This document shows positions 1 through 12,894 of a stretch of DNA of 64,000 bases, piece by piece. Every line of letters begins with the position of its first letter. Position 1 is the first letter of the stretch. Below the pieces are notes generated by a model. That model worked only from the letters and a program-made list of their open reading frames with translations. It was not told where the DNA came from and ran no database searches. The stretch comes from Utricularia gibba (taxonomy: Eukaryota; Plantae; Magnoliophyta): NCBI GenBank assembly GCA_002189035.1, contig CM007992.1, forward strand, positions 186,001 through 250,000, given 5' to 3'. Both the position numbers and the translations under genes were made by a program.

Positions 1-732
1 TCAAAGTTTTGCAGATCCTGCATCCGTGTAGCGTGAATAATGACAGGATAATGATTCCGTCGTCTCCTTTTCATTGCCCCAGGACTAGAAGTGTTTGTTT
101 TGTTCTCTTCTCCCCCCACCCAACCATCCTCCCTGACAAAGATGCACAACTAATCTTCTTTATGCGATCGCATTAAACCAGCAAACTCTGATTGGAAATG
201 GTCGGCACCCGACAGCCATGTCATACATCCCCTTTAAAGATGATCTTGAAATATGATAAAAAAAAAAGATTATTTAAAAATCGAAAAAGAAAAAGGATAA
301 CACAAACCAAAAAACACATTTACGCACAAAAAAATCTTATAAATCGAAAATCGATCAATTTGCTCCATTAAAATTCGACCAATAACCTTTCAACCTATTT
401 TTCACCATAACAATAAATAATTGAAATATATTATTAATTAAATATGAATTCAATTTGAAATAATGTAATATTATAAATAAATTTAAACGGCATCCCAAAT
501 AATTGAACCAACATAAGTTGGCATTAAACCCTAGGTTGACCTGTCTTGGATTATTATTTTTAAAATAATAAATATAAATAATTGCAATATATTATTATTT
601 ATTTATGTGTGTAATAAAAATATTTATTTATTTTGACAGAGGAGAACGATTTAAACAAAGATTTAAAAAATATATACTGTCAGTGACTACGGCGTTAGTT
701 GTGGTGTGTGTATCGCGGCGGGAGCAAAAACG

Positions 733-1871
733 TCACGTGTTACAATTAGATGGCCCGAACCCGACCCGCCGATTCGTCAAGTCGAACTCCACCCAAAGAT
801 TTTGCTGCTGGAAGTTTCCGATGATGTTACTGGACACGCCGAGGGATTCCGAGCGGCCGATTCCGATGCAGTGGACGCCGCCGCCGACGTCGTCCAGGTT
901 TTGCTCCTTCTCGATCAGAATCTCCACGCCATTGTCGAATTCGAAGGCCATTTGCCCAATTTTCTCCCCGATTTCCGATGGGTTCCCGTCGAAGCACATG
1001 TCCAGGGATCCACCGTAGACGTAATCCTTTTTCAAATTCGCGCCGGCGAGTCTCACGACTTCCTCCCGGACCTTTGAATACGCGGCGTCTACCAGAAAAG
1101 TGTACTGCGTGCCGGAATCGATCATCGTCTGTCCGGAGCCGCCAGCGTCGGGACGGAAAGCCACCGTCGAAATGTTCAGTTTCTTGCCTCCGATTCGGAT
1201 CCCGGCGAGCCCGACGGTGTAAGCAAGGGGGTCGAAATTCGGCTTCCTCTGGCTTTCGGGGAAACTTAACAGATCGATGTATCGGAAACTTCTGGAATTC
1301 GGATTCTGGCCCAGGAAAAATGTTCCGGTGGGGTTCTCGCCGACGTTGTGCTTGCTCGGCACGCAGTAGGAAAACCTCGGAACCTTAGCCTGAGAAGCGA
1401 ACGACAGCCGCCCAAGATTCATACCCAAAATGCCCTGAGCCTCCGCGGACTCCGTAGCGCATCCAAGAATCAGAGGAGGGGTAACTCTGGAAGGAGAAAA
1501 GGTGAACTTCTCCCTTACCAAATTACCCTCCGCAAGAGTCCCATCCGCGTAAAAGTACGAATAGTGGCACAAGCTGTTCTGGTCGCAAGTCGTCGGGATC
1601 GTGAAATCGGGAATTTGCGGTTTGCAGATAGGATGGTTACAGGGAGCAAGGAGAAAGAAGAAGACAGAGAAGGATCAAACTCCGACTTCGGCGGCGCCGC
1701 TCCCCCCGCCGCTTGCGGCGCTTTCCCGTGACACTGAATCCACGACAGCTGGCTTCCTGTATCCAACACCATTTTCTGAGTCTGCGGTGGGGTACCAATC
1801 GGGAGCGAAACAACCAGGGCCATTGAGTACTTGAAGGAGTTGTGGTAGTTGTAATCAAACGATTGAGACTT

Positions 1872-1906
<35 letters not shown>

Positions 1907-2060
1907 TAGTCTTTTCAGCCCCCAGGAAAGAAAGGCGCTTCTGTGCGGTGGGCACCGAAGCTCTGGTTATGGGGTAGGAAACAGTAAACCGCTTGCATTC
2001 AAGGAACCGCAGAGAAGCGAAGAGGAGGAGGAGGAAGAAGAAGAAACTGGAGGACGCCAT
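733..2060 (-). CDS. Aspartic proteinase, PCS1-like (A1/TAXi, intronless); one frameshift near 1642
   Basis: ATG at 2060 (MASSSFFFF signal peptide). First catalytic motif VLDTGSQLSWIQC and second MIDSGTQYT; C-terminal IIGNFQQQNLWVEFDL. ORFs 1515..2219 and 733..1572 join if one base is restored at 1641-1644 (LP-C-NHPICKPQIP). TATA-like tataaata about 45 nt upstream of the ATG. Confidence 0.92.
1874..1905. repeat. (CCG)n microsatellite, about 10 units, encoding poly-Ala in the protease propeptide
   Basis: ccgccgccg... read directly; the minus strand gives MAAAAAAAAAAV. Confidence 0.95.
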
Positions 2061-3355
2061 TCTCCTGGAGTCTCTGAGTGGAGAACGGGGAGTGTGCGGT
2101 GGTGTATTTATACAGAGAAGAGGAGTCGGGTAGGCTGGAGGATTTGGACGGGGAAAACGCGGTTGCGGTATACAGCTCACAGGTGAGTAATCAAATACTT
2201 CCAAAAACCAGGTACACACTCCAGACCTTTCCTAGTGTGCATCCAGGCATCCCTTTCTCCTCTGGTGAAAATTTAAATTTTGTGAAAGGGAGGGTCGGTG
2301 AATTTTGAAAGCCTGTTCCTATCATCACCTTGGGTTTTTCCCTGGTTGGATTTCCTTCATTTTCGATGGAGTTATTTCTCAAACACCGATTTGCAGGTAG
2401 CTGATACTCACAGAGATTTATAGGAGGGCATCCTTTTCGTTTCTATCCCTGTCATCTCCATCCCCTCCCATTTAAGGGGGCCTTTTCTTCTCCACAACCA
2501 TCTATCTTGGAGGTGTGGCGAGGGTCTGTATGTAGCCTAGAAGAAAAAGGTGCCACGTAGTTTGGTACCTTGAAATATGAAAGGGAGATGAGCTCGGGTC
2601 AGCCACCACTGGTAAGGGCCCGTTCCTCTAGTAGGGGGAGGGGATTTCATGTAGTGCACCGCACGCCCATGATTTCTTTTAAGGCAAGGGGCCATGGCTG
2701 CATTTATTGGCGGTGCATTATCATCCCTCAATCATGGTGATTCGTCCCCAAAAGCCTCATCCTGCGGGGTCACTTGGAGCAATCTTCAAACGAGTGAAGA
2801 AAAATATCAGAGAACAGAACGAGGCGGGGACAAGGGTGTTTGTGTCCTTCGCCCTTCTCCACAAAGAATGCACACACACACCATGCCTTATTGATGAGCA
2901 GGAGCACGGGTAAGTGGATGACGACAGTGCTCGCGGAACCACGGCAGCCGCTGGCCAGCTGGATATTCATCTCCCGCAGGGAGGCCTTTTTTATCACATC
3001 AGCACCAGACCGGAAGTGTCAGTGGTCATTCAGTGACTCCCTGCTCTGTACCAACGTCTGCTCTGTGCCACCGTGAGCAGGTACAATATGAACAATGTTG
3101 ATAAACGGAGAAAAAGGGGTACATTATTTGTGAATGACGTTTTCAAAGGGGCGGGTGTACTAATATTTAATTAATCATGCATTGGACAATCAGCAATTTA
3201 TTCATTAATTTTAGTAAGAAAAAAAGCACCAACAAAGCCTGACATGTCAAAATAAAAAATTCGAACAAGTATTCTTTTTGGTCCCAGGAATAGCATGCAA
3301 GCCTCTTACAGCAGTTAGAGAACAAAAAGAAGAGTGACTAGATCTACGGAGCCCA

Positions 3356-5969
3356 TCACAGGCCAAATTCAAGTTCAGCTCGTTTGAGGACCGAGGTTAC
3401 CCGGGCGAAGAACTCAGGCTCTTTATCCTTCAGGACTTCAAGTGATCTGGATTCGTGTTCTTCGGCCTGTGTATCAAAATTGCCTGAGTAAGAATGGAGA
3501 TCTTATTTAGATTCTGGAAGCTTAAGCCATTTAATGACCACCTCTTCGAATTTTAGGAGAATCAGGTTTGAGATGGATGCCGGCTTAGTATGATCCCATC
3601 TGGAAAAGCCCTTTCAGTAAGTCGACAGCCACTTGGGCATCAATCAAGGAATGTGTATAGTGCAGATATCAGGGACTGGTCCCTCTAAGGTATATGTTAT
3701 GGATTCGATTAACCTGACAAGCATTAGTTCGTTGATCGAGCGCCACATAGCACGCCCCACGTCTTTAGACTGGTCTCTTGCACTCCTACCACGCCACAGC
3801 TCCTTGGCAACGTACATCACCTCTTCGACATCCACCTACAAAAGTCGGTAGACGTGAAGGCCTTCCGAGGCTTCTCTTGAAGAAACGAAGCAGAGACAAG
3901 TCATAAACTAAGTAGTATAGATTATTGAAAAGAAAATAGCAAAAATCTTCACATGGAAAACTCGTGTGAAGGCCTTCATTGATTGGGTACCTCAACATGA
4001 ATTGTGGTGCCATACTGCAACTCTTCATGCTCGATTAACCGCTGATGAAGAACACGGTAATGGTCCAGGGAGAAATTGACAACTGGTTCCATATGAATTT
4101 GGAATCCTGATAGCTGAGTAATGACATATGTAGCCATGACTTGCCCAAAAAGTGCAGGGATTGTCCCTAAGACAGGAATTATGCGAACCCGGAAACCTGG
4201 AACAATCTGGTCAACTTCAAAACCAGTAAACTGGAGCAATATGCAGGAAACTATTGCAAGGGCATAAATATAAGAGATACCTCTATGCAAGTTTCAACTT
4301 ACTTGGTATTCTGAAGGGTTTTCTTCAGCACCACTTGCTCCTTCGAATGGAAGAAGTTTAACTGTAGGTTTCTCTAATGAGAAAACTACAGGTATACCCC
4401 CTTCAATGCCATACTGTTTCTTTAAACGGTGTCTGACCTGGAAAAATCATGATAATACAGCGTTGAAGCAAAAGTCCTTTACGTTCAGAACTGATAACAT
4501 TTCACAGATATGATGAAAATGATGATAAAAGTATTACCGAACGAGATAAAGGATCATTTATTGATTCCCGTAGGTCAGCCACTCTGATTCTGGTTGGATC
4601 AACTCTTGCACCAGCTCCTGTGGCTGACAGGACTTTCAAGCCCCTTCGCACGCATGCTGCAAGAAGTGCCACCTGAAAACCATACAAACAATGAGAATTC
4701 CATTTTTTCTACACTATTATACCCATATCCGACAAATCATTAGGTAAATTCTCGTGGCTGAAACAAAAAATGCAATGCAATCCAGGACATAACTAAAAAT
4801 AATGAAGAAGAATCCATTACTTTAGTATCAATATTATCAATGCAATCCAGGACAAAATCGGGCTGGCCAGAGAGAATTTCAGCTTCTGATGATGAGTCAT
4901 ACATCAGCACTTTCGCATCAACTTGGCACTCGGGGAAAATTTCTGAGAAGTGCTTCTTCAGGCATAAAGCTTTTGGAGTTCCAACATCCGCTCTTGTTGC
5001 AACAGCATGCCTATTTAATGATGAAACCGAAACCTTCAAGGATAATCAGATGACATGTTAGGTAGGTGATAAGACAATCAAACGAAGAGAGAAATGACAA
5101 CAAGAATGAGCAACTCAAGGCACTGCTAGACTCACTCTTTCAATAGAAAATTGACAATCATTACTTCCAAGAACGATGAAAAAAGAATGCATAGCAAGTG
5201 CACGAATGCCAACAAGAACCTGATCAAAATCAACAAGGAGTAGCTTCCCAACACCTGATCTCAAAAGCATTGATGCAGCATGGCTTCCAACTCCTCCAAG
5301 ACCAATTACAACAACATATGAAGATACCACTTTTTCTGATGCTCCAAACCAAAGAACTGAATATTCCTTTGTTAGACAAGCAAACATACTAGGAGTCAGA
5401 TTCGCTATCTCATCAAAAGAAAAATAGGCAGTAATATAAGCAAGAACCCTTGCATCACCTTGTAAGCTGTTCCGATACAATTTCATCCATCAAGAGGTCG
5501 GATCCAGAAGTTACTCGATCTGCACTTCCCAACACTCTTTGTTCTGTATCAGGGTCATAGCTTGCAAAGTCAAGCACTAACTAGTTATAACATGGTGACA
5601 TGCTTCAGCACTTCTATACACGATACCCATTAACAAAGAAAAGGAAAATCATCTACGGAAAAGATCACAGCGGACAGAAAAAATGCTGCCAACTCAAACT
5701 GCATTCCCTTACCTTCCAATCCGTTCACCTGTATATCATTATTGCATCGTTTCAGCGCCAGCCTGTTGAGAACATCAAGAAAACCAGCACTTCACTATAC
5801 TACATTTGGTGCGAATTTCAACGCCACACCCAAGAACAAAAGGACAGAAACGGAGTCAAGAAAAAGAGTCACACCTTCTCCGAAGTCTCAGCAACGCGAA
5901 AGTTGCACAAGAGCCCAGTAGCGCTCCAGCTCCAAGCGACAACAAGTATCTCCCCTTCTCCCCCGTCAT
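3356..5969 (-). CDS. tRNA threonylcarbamoyladenosine dehydratase (TcdA/ThiF-family E1-like), multi-exon; one frameshift near 5333
   Basis: Start MTGEKGRYLLSLGAGALLGS at 5969. Exons give DLLMDEIVSEQLTR|NIQFFG, VVVIGLGGVGSHAASMLLRSGVGKLLLVDFDQ, SSLNRHAVATRADVG, VLDCIDNIDTK, ATGAGARVDPTRIRVADL and ...KRAELEFGL* (TGA 3356-3358). Introns are GT-AG. One base is missing at QKK-VV. Confidence 0.9.
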
Positions 5970-6066
5970 CTTGAAGCGGGTTTCTTCCAAAGGAAAAAGA
6001 AAACGGCTCCTCCAAAAGCACCATTTACGAAAAGCGGCCTTCTTGTACTGTTACCGCTGTTTGCAC

Positions 6067-6172
6067 TGGCCCAAACTAACTAAAAACTCTTGGGCCTTCG
6101 CATATAGAGCCCAAGCATATAGGCCCGAAAAATAGGCTTACAAGGGCGAACATCATTGGGCCAGCCCACACT
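6067..6172. promoter_or_regulatory. Site II (TGGGCY/TCP-binding) cluster in the TCD proximal promoter
   Basis: tggcccaa, ttgggcct, gcccaa and ttgggccagccca occur within about 100 bp, 100-200 bp upstream of the ATG. Confidence 0.5.
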
Positions 6173-9100
6173 CCTCCAGCTCAGTGACCAAGCTATGGAA
6201 TACAAAAGCCAGTTTGGTGCTAAAGATTTTAAACTTTCCTATGTGCAAATCTGCATTCTCCAACAAGTAGTAACACGTTCCGAAGTTCAATTCCGTACCG
6301 AACCCGAAGGTACGAAAACATCATCATTTAGAAAATCGATGTATTTAGGGATTCGTTGGAGTTGCATCCTTATATTTGGACATAATGGATTCATTATTCA
6401 CCAATATTTATTACATATATTAATGATTATTTGAATTATTTACCATTATTATCATTTGGATCGACCCATAAAAGGTAGAGTCCGTGACGTAAATTCCCCA
6501 TAAATAATTGCGGAAATTCTTAAAAAATAGTCAAAAAATAGAAAAAAACTGGGTGTAAGACGTACAACCGTCCCAAGTAAAAAAAATAGTCTTCATTGAT
6601 GAAGCGAGCCCATTATTGTTTTTTAAATTCAAAAATATTAAAATTTTGAGCATATTTCATTTCTAAAAAAGAGTTCACACTCAGTGTGTGTGTTTTGTGG
6701 GGAAAGGGGGAGACCCCCCACGCAGGGCGAGGACAGAGACGAGGTTTAGAAGAAGCAACGCGGAACAAAAAAGAAAGAATCAACTATCCTTTTTGACTGC
6801 TAGGGGGAGAATGTAGTGGAGGGAATGTACAAAATACCCAACGTGAAAAGACAGGAACACCCTCTCCCCTGTCCTCTCCGCCTTAAATGCGATGCATAAG
6901 GACTTTATGACAGCGCAGGAGAAATGGGAAATTGACATGAGGGAGGGAGAGTTGCAGTGCAGTTGCAGGGCGAGGGTGGTGCGGGGGCCCATTCATCCGC
7001 CCTTGAAAAGATAACACAGACATGGTAAAGGGACAGAAGGGTGCACGACTTTTGCCTTTTCACAGTACAGAGAGAGAGGAGAGGGTTCTGGTTCTGGTTC
7101 TGGGAGCTCTCAGAAGTCCTTGGGCAGAGCAGCTCTTCAAGAGTTAAATGATTTTGTAATCGATTGGTTCATGATTGTAGTAGTTTTCTAGGTTGGGAGA
7201 GATCGGGCTCTGTGCCATTTACTATTCCCACCCCGCCTTTTCCTCCCATGGACAAAACTTCAAAGGTGACTACTGTCCAAGTCTCATGATGCCGCCATGA
7301 TTGAATACTCAATTCTCACTCACCCTTTCTTCCTTCTACTCCAGTTCAAGCGAGTGTATGAACAAAAGGCTTGATCTTTCTCATGTTCTGAACCAAAACA
7401 ATGTGACCCCCAAAACCCATGTCGATCTTAACATAAACGCTCACAGAAGATATGGTATCCACCCAACAAAACAAATTCACAAGGTTTTGTCCTGAACTAA
7501 TAAATTGATTTCGTGTGTATTGAATTGGATCCAGCAGGAGGAGGGGGTGGGGTGCGGGGCTGGCAGCATCCTCGACGAAAGTAGCTGGCCGTACTGTCTA
7601 CTGCGCATTAAACAGCCCCGATGGATCATGATGCATAATGCAAAATAACGAAGGAAATGAAGGAGTATGCATGGGGTCCCGTCCGTAGACGCGATTCTCT
7701 TCCTCATCGCCTGTCTCTTCTGCTCATCATAACCCAATTATTCTTTCTTTCTCTCCTTCTTTAGTTTGTATAGTAGCAAATGCACAATAGTTTCTCAATA
7801 ATTTTAGCTCCTCTTCAATTCGAACTGTCGCCTGCTTAAACCAGGCCTTTTATATTCAGTTCTCTTTCAAATTCGATGGAATATGCTCCCTCCCCCATGC
7901 TGCAACACAGACACTGTTCAACAAGAATGGCTCATTACACCCCAAGTCCCTGGAGCGTTCTTCTACCAGATATGAAGCTCTTGAACGATTCAATAATGCA
8001 TGAAGATCCGCACAAGGATTCAATTATTTACTCAATCCCCCCCCCGTCTGTGTTCCTCCCGGGAGGGTTTCTCTCATATCGATTTGCTATGATTTGGGTA
8101 CGGGCTGTAGCACGAATCCCTGTTTAACTACGTAATAATACAGCAATAAGGCTTGAATGCACACAAACGAGCGCGTATGCTAACTGTGTAATAACTCACT
8201 GTTGATCTTGAGATCCAAGCTCACATTAACTGCAGCAGTAAGTGCACCAGCCAGCACAGTGTCTCTACCGGATAGACCAGTGCTCTTCCATTCTTCATTT
8301 ACCACGCAGTAACTGCCCTCTTCCCTTTGAAACCAGTGTTGAAATCTCCACCATGCCGTGCGCAGTATTCAGCATCAGGCTCCCCAGAATGCGCTAAAAA
8401 GGATCCTGTGAAGGGATAAATGAAAGTTATGGAGGCGTGGAAAGATTAGCAGTGGAAGTAAACCGCCCATTTCTCCTTCTTGACTATTCCAACAAACAAA
8501 CCCTTCCCATCCTCCCCGAGTCCAAGGATTCATTCACCTCATTACTCCCCTACAAAGCCCTAGCGCGTTGTTTTCGTGTTAGCTGGGCACACACCCATGC
8601 TCATCCATGCCAGATTTCTTTACATGCATAAACAGACATATTATATATCATTTTAAATATATAAATGATTTCTTTATTTTAAATCATTAATATTTTTTTA
8701 AAATTTATAAGTGATTAAACTATTAATGAATAATTTTATATCATTTATATTTGTGATTTTTATAATTATTTCAAGTCATTTTACATATATTTTATTTCAT
8801 TTTTCCTATGTTTTTAAATAAATTTTATACGTTTGTATCAATTTGATTTTTTTTAAAGAAAGAGTAAGTTTTGTGATTTTTTAAAATGATTTGAACATAA
8901 ATTAAAACTAATTAGAATGATTTTGGTGGAATCAAAGATTAGGTCATTCCGATGAAAACTTAATCAAAGATTATCGAACTTATAAAACTATCATCAACTA
9001 TCTTATTAACTTTTGGAATTTTGGCCTACTTCTTTAAGATACAATTGAATTAAATACAAATTATTTTCAAAAAGTCGATATTTTTTCAATTTTTTTTTTA

Positions 9101-10042
9101 AATGAGTAGTTTAATTGCGAACTGTTTGTACCAATTATTTATGATTTTTTTGTCGATTTAAAACATTAAATCAGAAAGTAGGGTACAGTATATATTATAT
9201 TGTGTTTACCTCGAGGGTAAAACAGTCAATTAAGGGATGGGTGAACAGAGGAATAAGCAGGGGGGTGGGGAGGGGGGATTATTTATTATTACTTGCTGCT
9301 ACGTGGAATTTTAACCCGTCCCCTCCGGGGTAGGAAAACTAAATAACTGACAATGCATCTTTTTATGCTCCCCTCCGCGCAGTACTTTTGACTTTTACCC
9401 TTGGAATTCATCTTGGTCAGTAATTTCATGCAAAAATCCCCAAATTCACTACCTCAAACAATTATTATCATGATTTCTATTTTAATTTCCAACAAACCAA
9501 AAGTTTTTTGAAATTAAAATATTTTTACTTTTTATCAGAAAAGAATGTGCACATGGGACTTTGGTTAGGAGGTTTTGTTTGAATTTGTAAAAAATAAGTA
9601 TATTGTTAAAGTGGGGCCACGTCTTCTTCCCTTCTACTGTCATTGTCCGATGTATGCGCTCGAGGAATTAACGAGACAGCGCATCCCCACCCTTAGCTTT
9701 TGCCATTCCCATTTGCATCTGCAATTCGCCATATCTCTCTACTTGTTTTCTTTCTGTTCCTCCAACTACACCTTCGGTTGGAACCACAGGAGAAAACAAA
9801 AACACTTTTCTTTCCTTCTTTTTCTCATGTTTCTGAGGTTCATTCCAGCTGCAGTTTCCTGAGGAAGAAAGCTCGCTACATGCGTGTCTGATTTTCGGCT
9901 CAAAATCCATTCTTGTTCCCCACTTTTCTTCAGTTCCAGTTCGTGCGCCTTTTCGAGGTTTCCAAAGACAAAAGCTTTCTTCATACGTGCGGTGCTTGGT
10001 GTGGGGATTCGGAATCTTGGAGTGCAAAGGAGGAGGAGGAAA

Positions 10043-12236
10043 ATGTCGAGGGACGGTGTTTTCTTGGAGCTCTCTTCAAGTCAAATGCCTGATCTATCTC
10101 TACAAATCAGTCTATCGAACACTGCTGCTTCGCCAAAAAACAGACAGCAGGTTCAAAGTTTTGACCGTTCGGTTGCCGGGATTCCCTCCACCGACGTGGA
10201 CGCAGCCGCTCTGGCGACGGAGCTCTCTCTCAGGACAAATTTTGAGGCTCCGAAGAGCTTCAATGGCGGAAACCAACCAGACCCACAAAACCCTTCTCGA
10301 AATTATACACTACAAACTTCTTCAACTCAGCCCATAAAGGGTATTCCCATTTATCCCTCTACCAATCGTCCCTTTCCTTTTTCACCTTTGGAGCAGAAAG
10401 ACCCAAAGACTCGTTTTTTCCAAATGCCTTCTTGGCCCTCGATTCCGATACCCCGTCCTTATTTCGCGGGATCCGCTACTTTGGATCATCATCTCCCAAT
10501 GCCGAATCTTGCTCCGTCTGGTGCTGGTTTCCTTTACCGCGCCGGCGCCGGCGGGTTTCATCAAATGCACCCACATGGTCAGCATCCTCAGTTTGGTATT
10601 GAAGGTGGTGGCGGCTCGCATCACGGGCTTCACAGATCGAGGTTTCTTCCGAGGATGCAGAGTAAAAGGAGCATGAGAGCCCCAAGAATGAGATGGACCA
10701 ATAGTCTCCATGCTCGTTTTGTTCATGCCGTTGAGCTCCTTGGCGGACATGAAAGTATTTCCTAAATTCCCCTTTTAGAAACTTAGGTTGTGGATTATTT
10801 AAAGAATTCATCTTTTTGTGTTGAAATGTTTTTAGGAGCAACTCCAAAGTCAGTTCTGGAGCTGATGGATGTCAAAGATCTCACGCTTGCTCATGTGAAA
10901 AGCCACTTGCAGGTACACACAAAGAACGAGCTCTGTGTTGTTTTTTTGTGTTGCTGTTCTTTAAGGATAGAACGAATTAATCCCACATTCTGTCCCTGTC
11001 CTTTGCTACCTGTGTGGGTCTCCGTTTATTTCTCCGGCACACTCGCCAATGCGTTCAGACTCCCATTAATGAAAAGAATGGAGCTTTGGGACAAGAGATT
11101 GCTATATACAAACAAACACAGTGCGATCTGCACAGAAGCAGAAGCTTTATGGAAGTTTGAAAACAAAGAACCGTCATCATTTATTAATTATTCAAACTTT
11201 TCACTGTCTATGTCACGAACAAAACAAATGGAACACCCCTTAATTAATCCATACTTTTGTTAATCCTGCTGGTAATCCTTGCAGATGTATCGAACTGTCA
11301 AGACCACTGACAAGCCTGCAGTTTCCTCAGGTAAGCATAAGCAATTGCTTCCACTTTCAGTCAATGGAAGTTGATCTTTCTGCTATCTTGAAGGGCATTC
11401 TGAAGGTTCTGGAGGTGAAGACGAAATCTCCGTCGTCTGCGGCGATCGACCCACCGGAGTCCGGTCGTTCACCGACCAAAGAGACCCACAACAAGATTCC
11501 GATACAAATCCAAGACTCTGGAGCAACTCTTCCAGGTAAAAAAAAAAACACACTCACGCAAACTCACCCAAATGAGTAATCTGTGTGCTGCCCTTGTGTC
11601 TTAATGGAAAAATGATGATGAAGTCTTTCACTTTGGCCTTTTCACGCTTCCACGAAGTACCTACTGGTCTGTTCCCTGACCTCATCCTGCTCAGCTTAAG
11701 CATCTTCTTTAGTTTCAGAAAATCTAGAGGAATATATTAAAGAGTCAGTTGTCTCGGCAGCTTTCGCTTTTTCCCATCTGAGGACAAAATTGGGTTTAGG
11801 TGCTGTTAAAAGCAATGTTACAGACAAAGACTGCACACTAAAGCGTCATTAAACTTTTACTTTACGATTACTGGTCGACATAGCATATGCAAACACTTGT
11901 GAAATCAAAATTCCGTATTACAAAATACTTGAACAACAATTTTGTTTGTTTGTTTGGAAAATTTATATTCATTAACAGTAGTAAGTGTTAGAACCACGCC
12001 GTTGTTGACAGACTTCTCTTTTGGATTTCAGTAGCAGAGAAGGGTGGCTGCAAATGAATGCCGGTGAAGCGCAGAGCCTCGTGGGGACGACGAACTTTTC
12101 AGCAGCATCGGATCATCTGGTAAGGTGAAAAGAGGGCGTCTCAAACATCATCAAAAGAAAAGAGGCTTTCGTAGTTTCAGTTCTGATTCAGTTTCCGCTC
12201 TCCATGCACCGTAGTTGTAGTCCAGGTTTGAGATAA
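10043..12236 (+). CDS. KAN: KANADI-type GARP/G2-like MYB transcription factor; last exon unresolved
   Basis: N-terminal PDLSLQISL and PIKGIPIY motifs, then KRSMRAPRMRWTNSLHARFVHAVELLGGHE|RATPKSVLELMDVKDLTLAHVKSHLQ|MYRTVKTTDKP. Exons about 10043-10754, 10836-10912, 11285-11330, 11394-11537 (LWSNSS), 12032-12119 (REGWLQ). The 3' end coordinate is approximate. Confidence 0.88.
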
Positions 12237-12649
12237 GAGAAATATCAAACGTCCAGGCCTCTTAAGAGAAGAGGGAAGGCATAAAGCTCGTATTGATCCA
12301 CTGCCTGGACGTTTGATTTTTCACTCTTTGGGTTTACCATCGCTCTGTAACGAGTATTATAATGTGAAAAGGGACTGGATTCTGAAGAAACTAAGGTTGC
12401 AACTCGACTCCTGCAATTTCCCTCACGATGAACCAATCCTGATCTTTTAAGATTTTGTCATAACGTGACAAGGGATAACCCAAGAGATCATCTGGTAAAA
12501 ACACACGATGATTTTTTCTGATACCCGCGAGTTTGAGTGAGATTGCCCAGGAATAAATAGCAGGCAGGAAAAGAAGGCCTGATTTTGTTGCAAGTTGGGA
12601 GCTTTCTGACGTATTCTTGTGATCCGTTCGTATCGTAGTTTCGTAACCG

Positions 12650-12720
12650 CCCACGTTTAGTTAATCCTGGGAGAAACGAGGAGCTGTCCGTTCCACGTCC
12701 ACACGTGTCAACCCACGTGT
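12650..12720. promoter_or_regulatory. Cluster of four ACGT boxes (ABRE/G-box-like) upstream of the gene at 12895
   Basis: ccacgttt, ccacgtcc, acacgtgt and ccacgtgt; TATA-like tttatatta at about 12852. Confidence 0.55.
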
Positions 12721-12894
12721 ACAGCAGATGAGAGAGTGGTAGAGTCAATGAATCATGCGAAGTAAAACTTCCAGGAACCTCACGGGAAGCATCCTGGAAA
12801 CATGCTACAAACAATCTCAGCAACTTCCCTTCTTCTTCCTTCTCCTCCATCTTTATATTACAAACATCCCTGTTTTTTGATATGATAAGGATTC

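Noticed and set aside
605-2308. Plus-strand ORFs antisense to the aspartic protease, including the poly-Arg ORF 1842..2186
   Set aside because: These are shadow ORFs of a GC-rich coding strand; the poly-Arg is the (CCG)n repeat read in another frame.
2560-3080. GC-balanced segment with five overlapping 60-78 aa ORFs
   Set aside because: No frame gives a recognisable domain, convincing splice pattern or long hairpin; probably the distal protease promoter.
6800-6985. Purine/pyrimidine fold-back resembling a MIR precursor
   Set aside because: The pairing depends on low-complexity GA/CT tracts with many mismatches, and no known mature miRNA is present.
7100-7125. gagctctcagaagtcc, similar to the miR159/319 star arm
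   Set aside because: There is no mature miR159/319 sequence or complementary arm downstream.
8311-8330. actgccctcttccct, similar to miR408
   Set aside because: It has an insertion and mismatched ends relative to miR408, and I found no star arm.
12245-12850. Three minus-strand ORFs that could be chained into a gene
   Set aside because: No recognisable domain. The region is explained as the KANADI 3' end plus the G-box-rich promoter of the gene at 12895.
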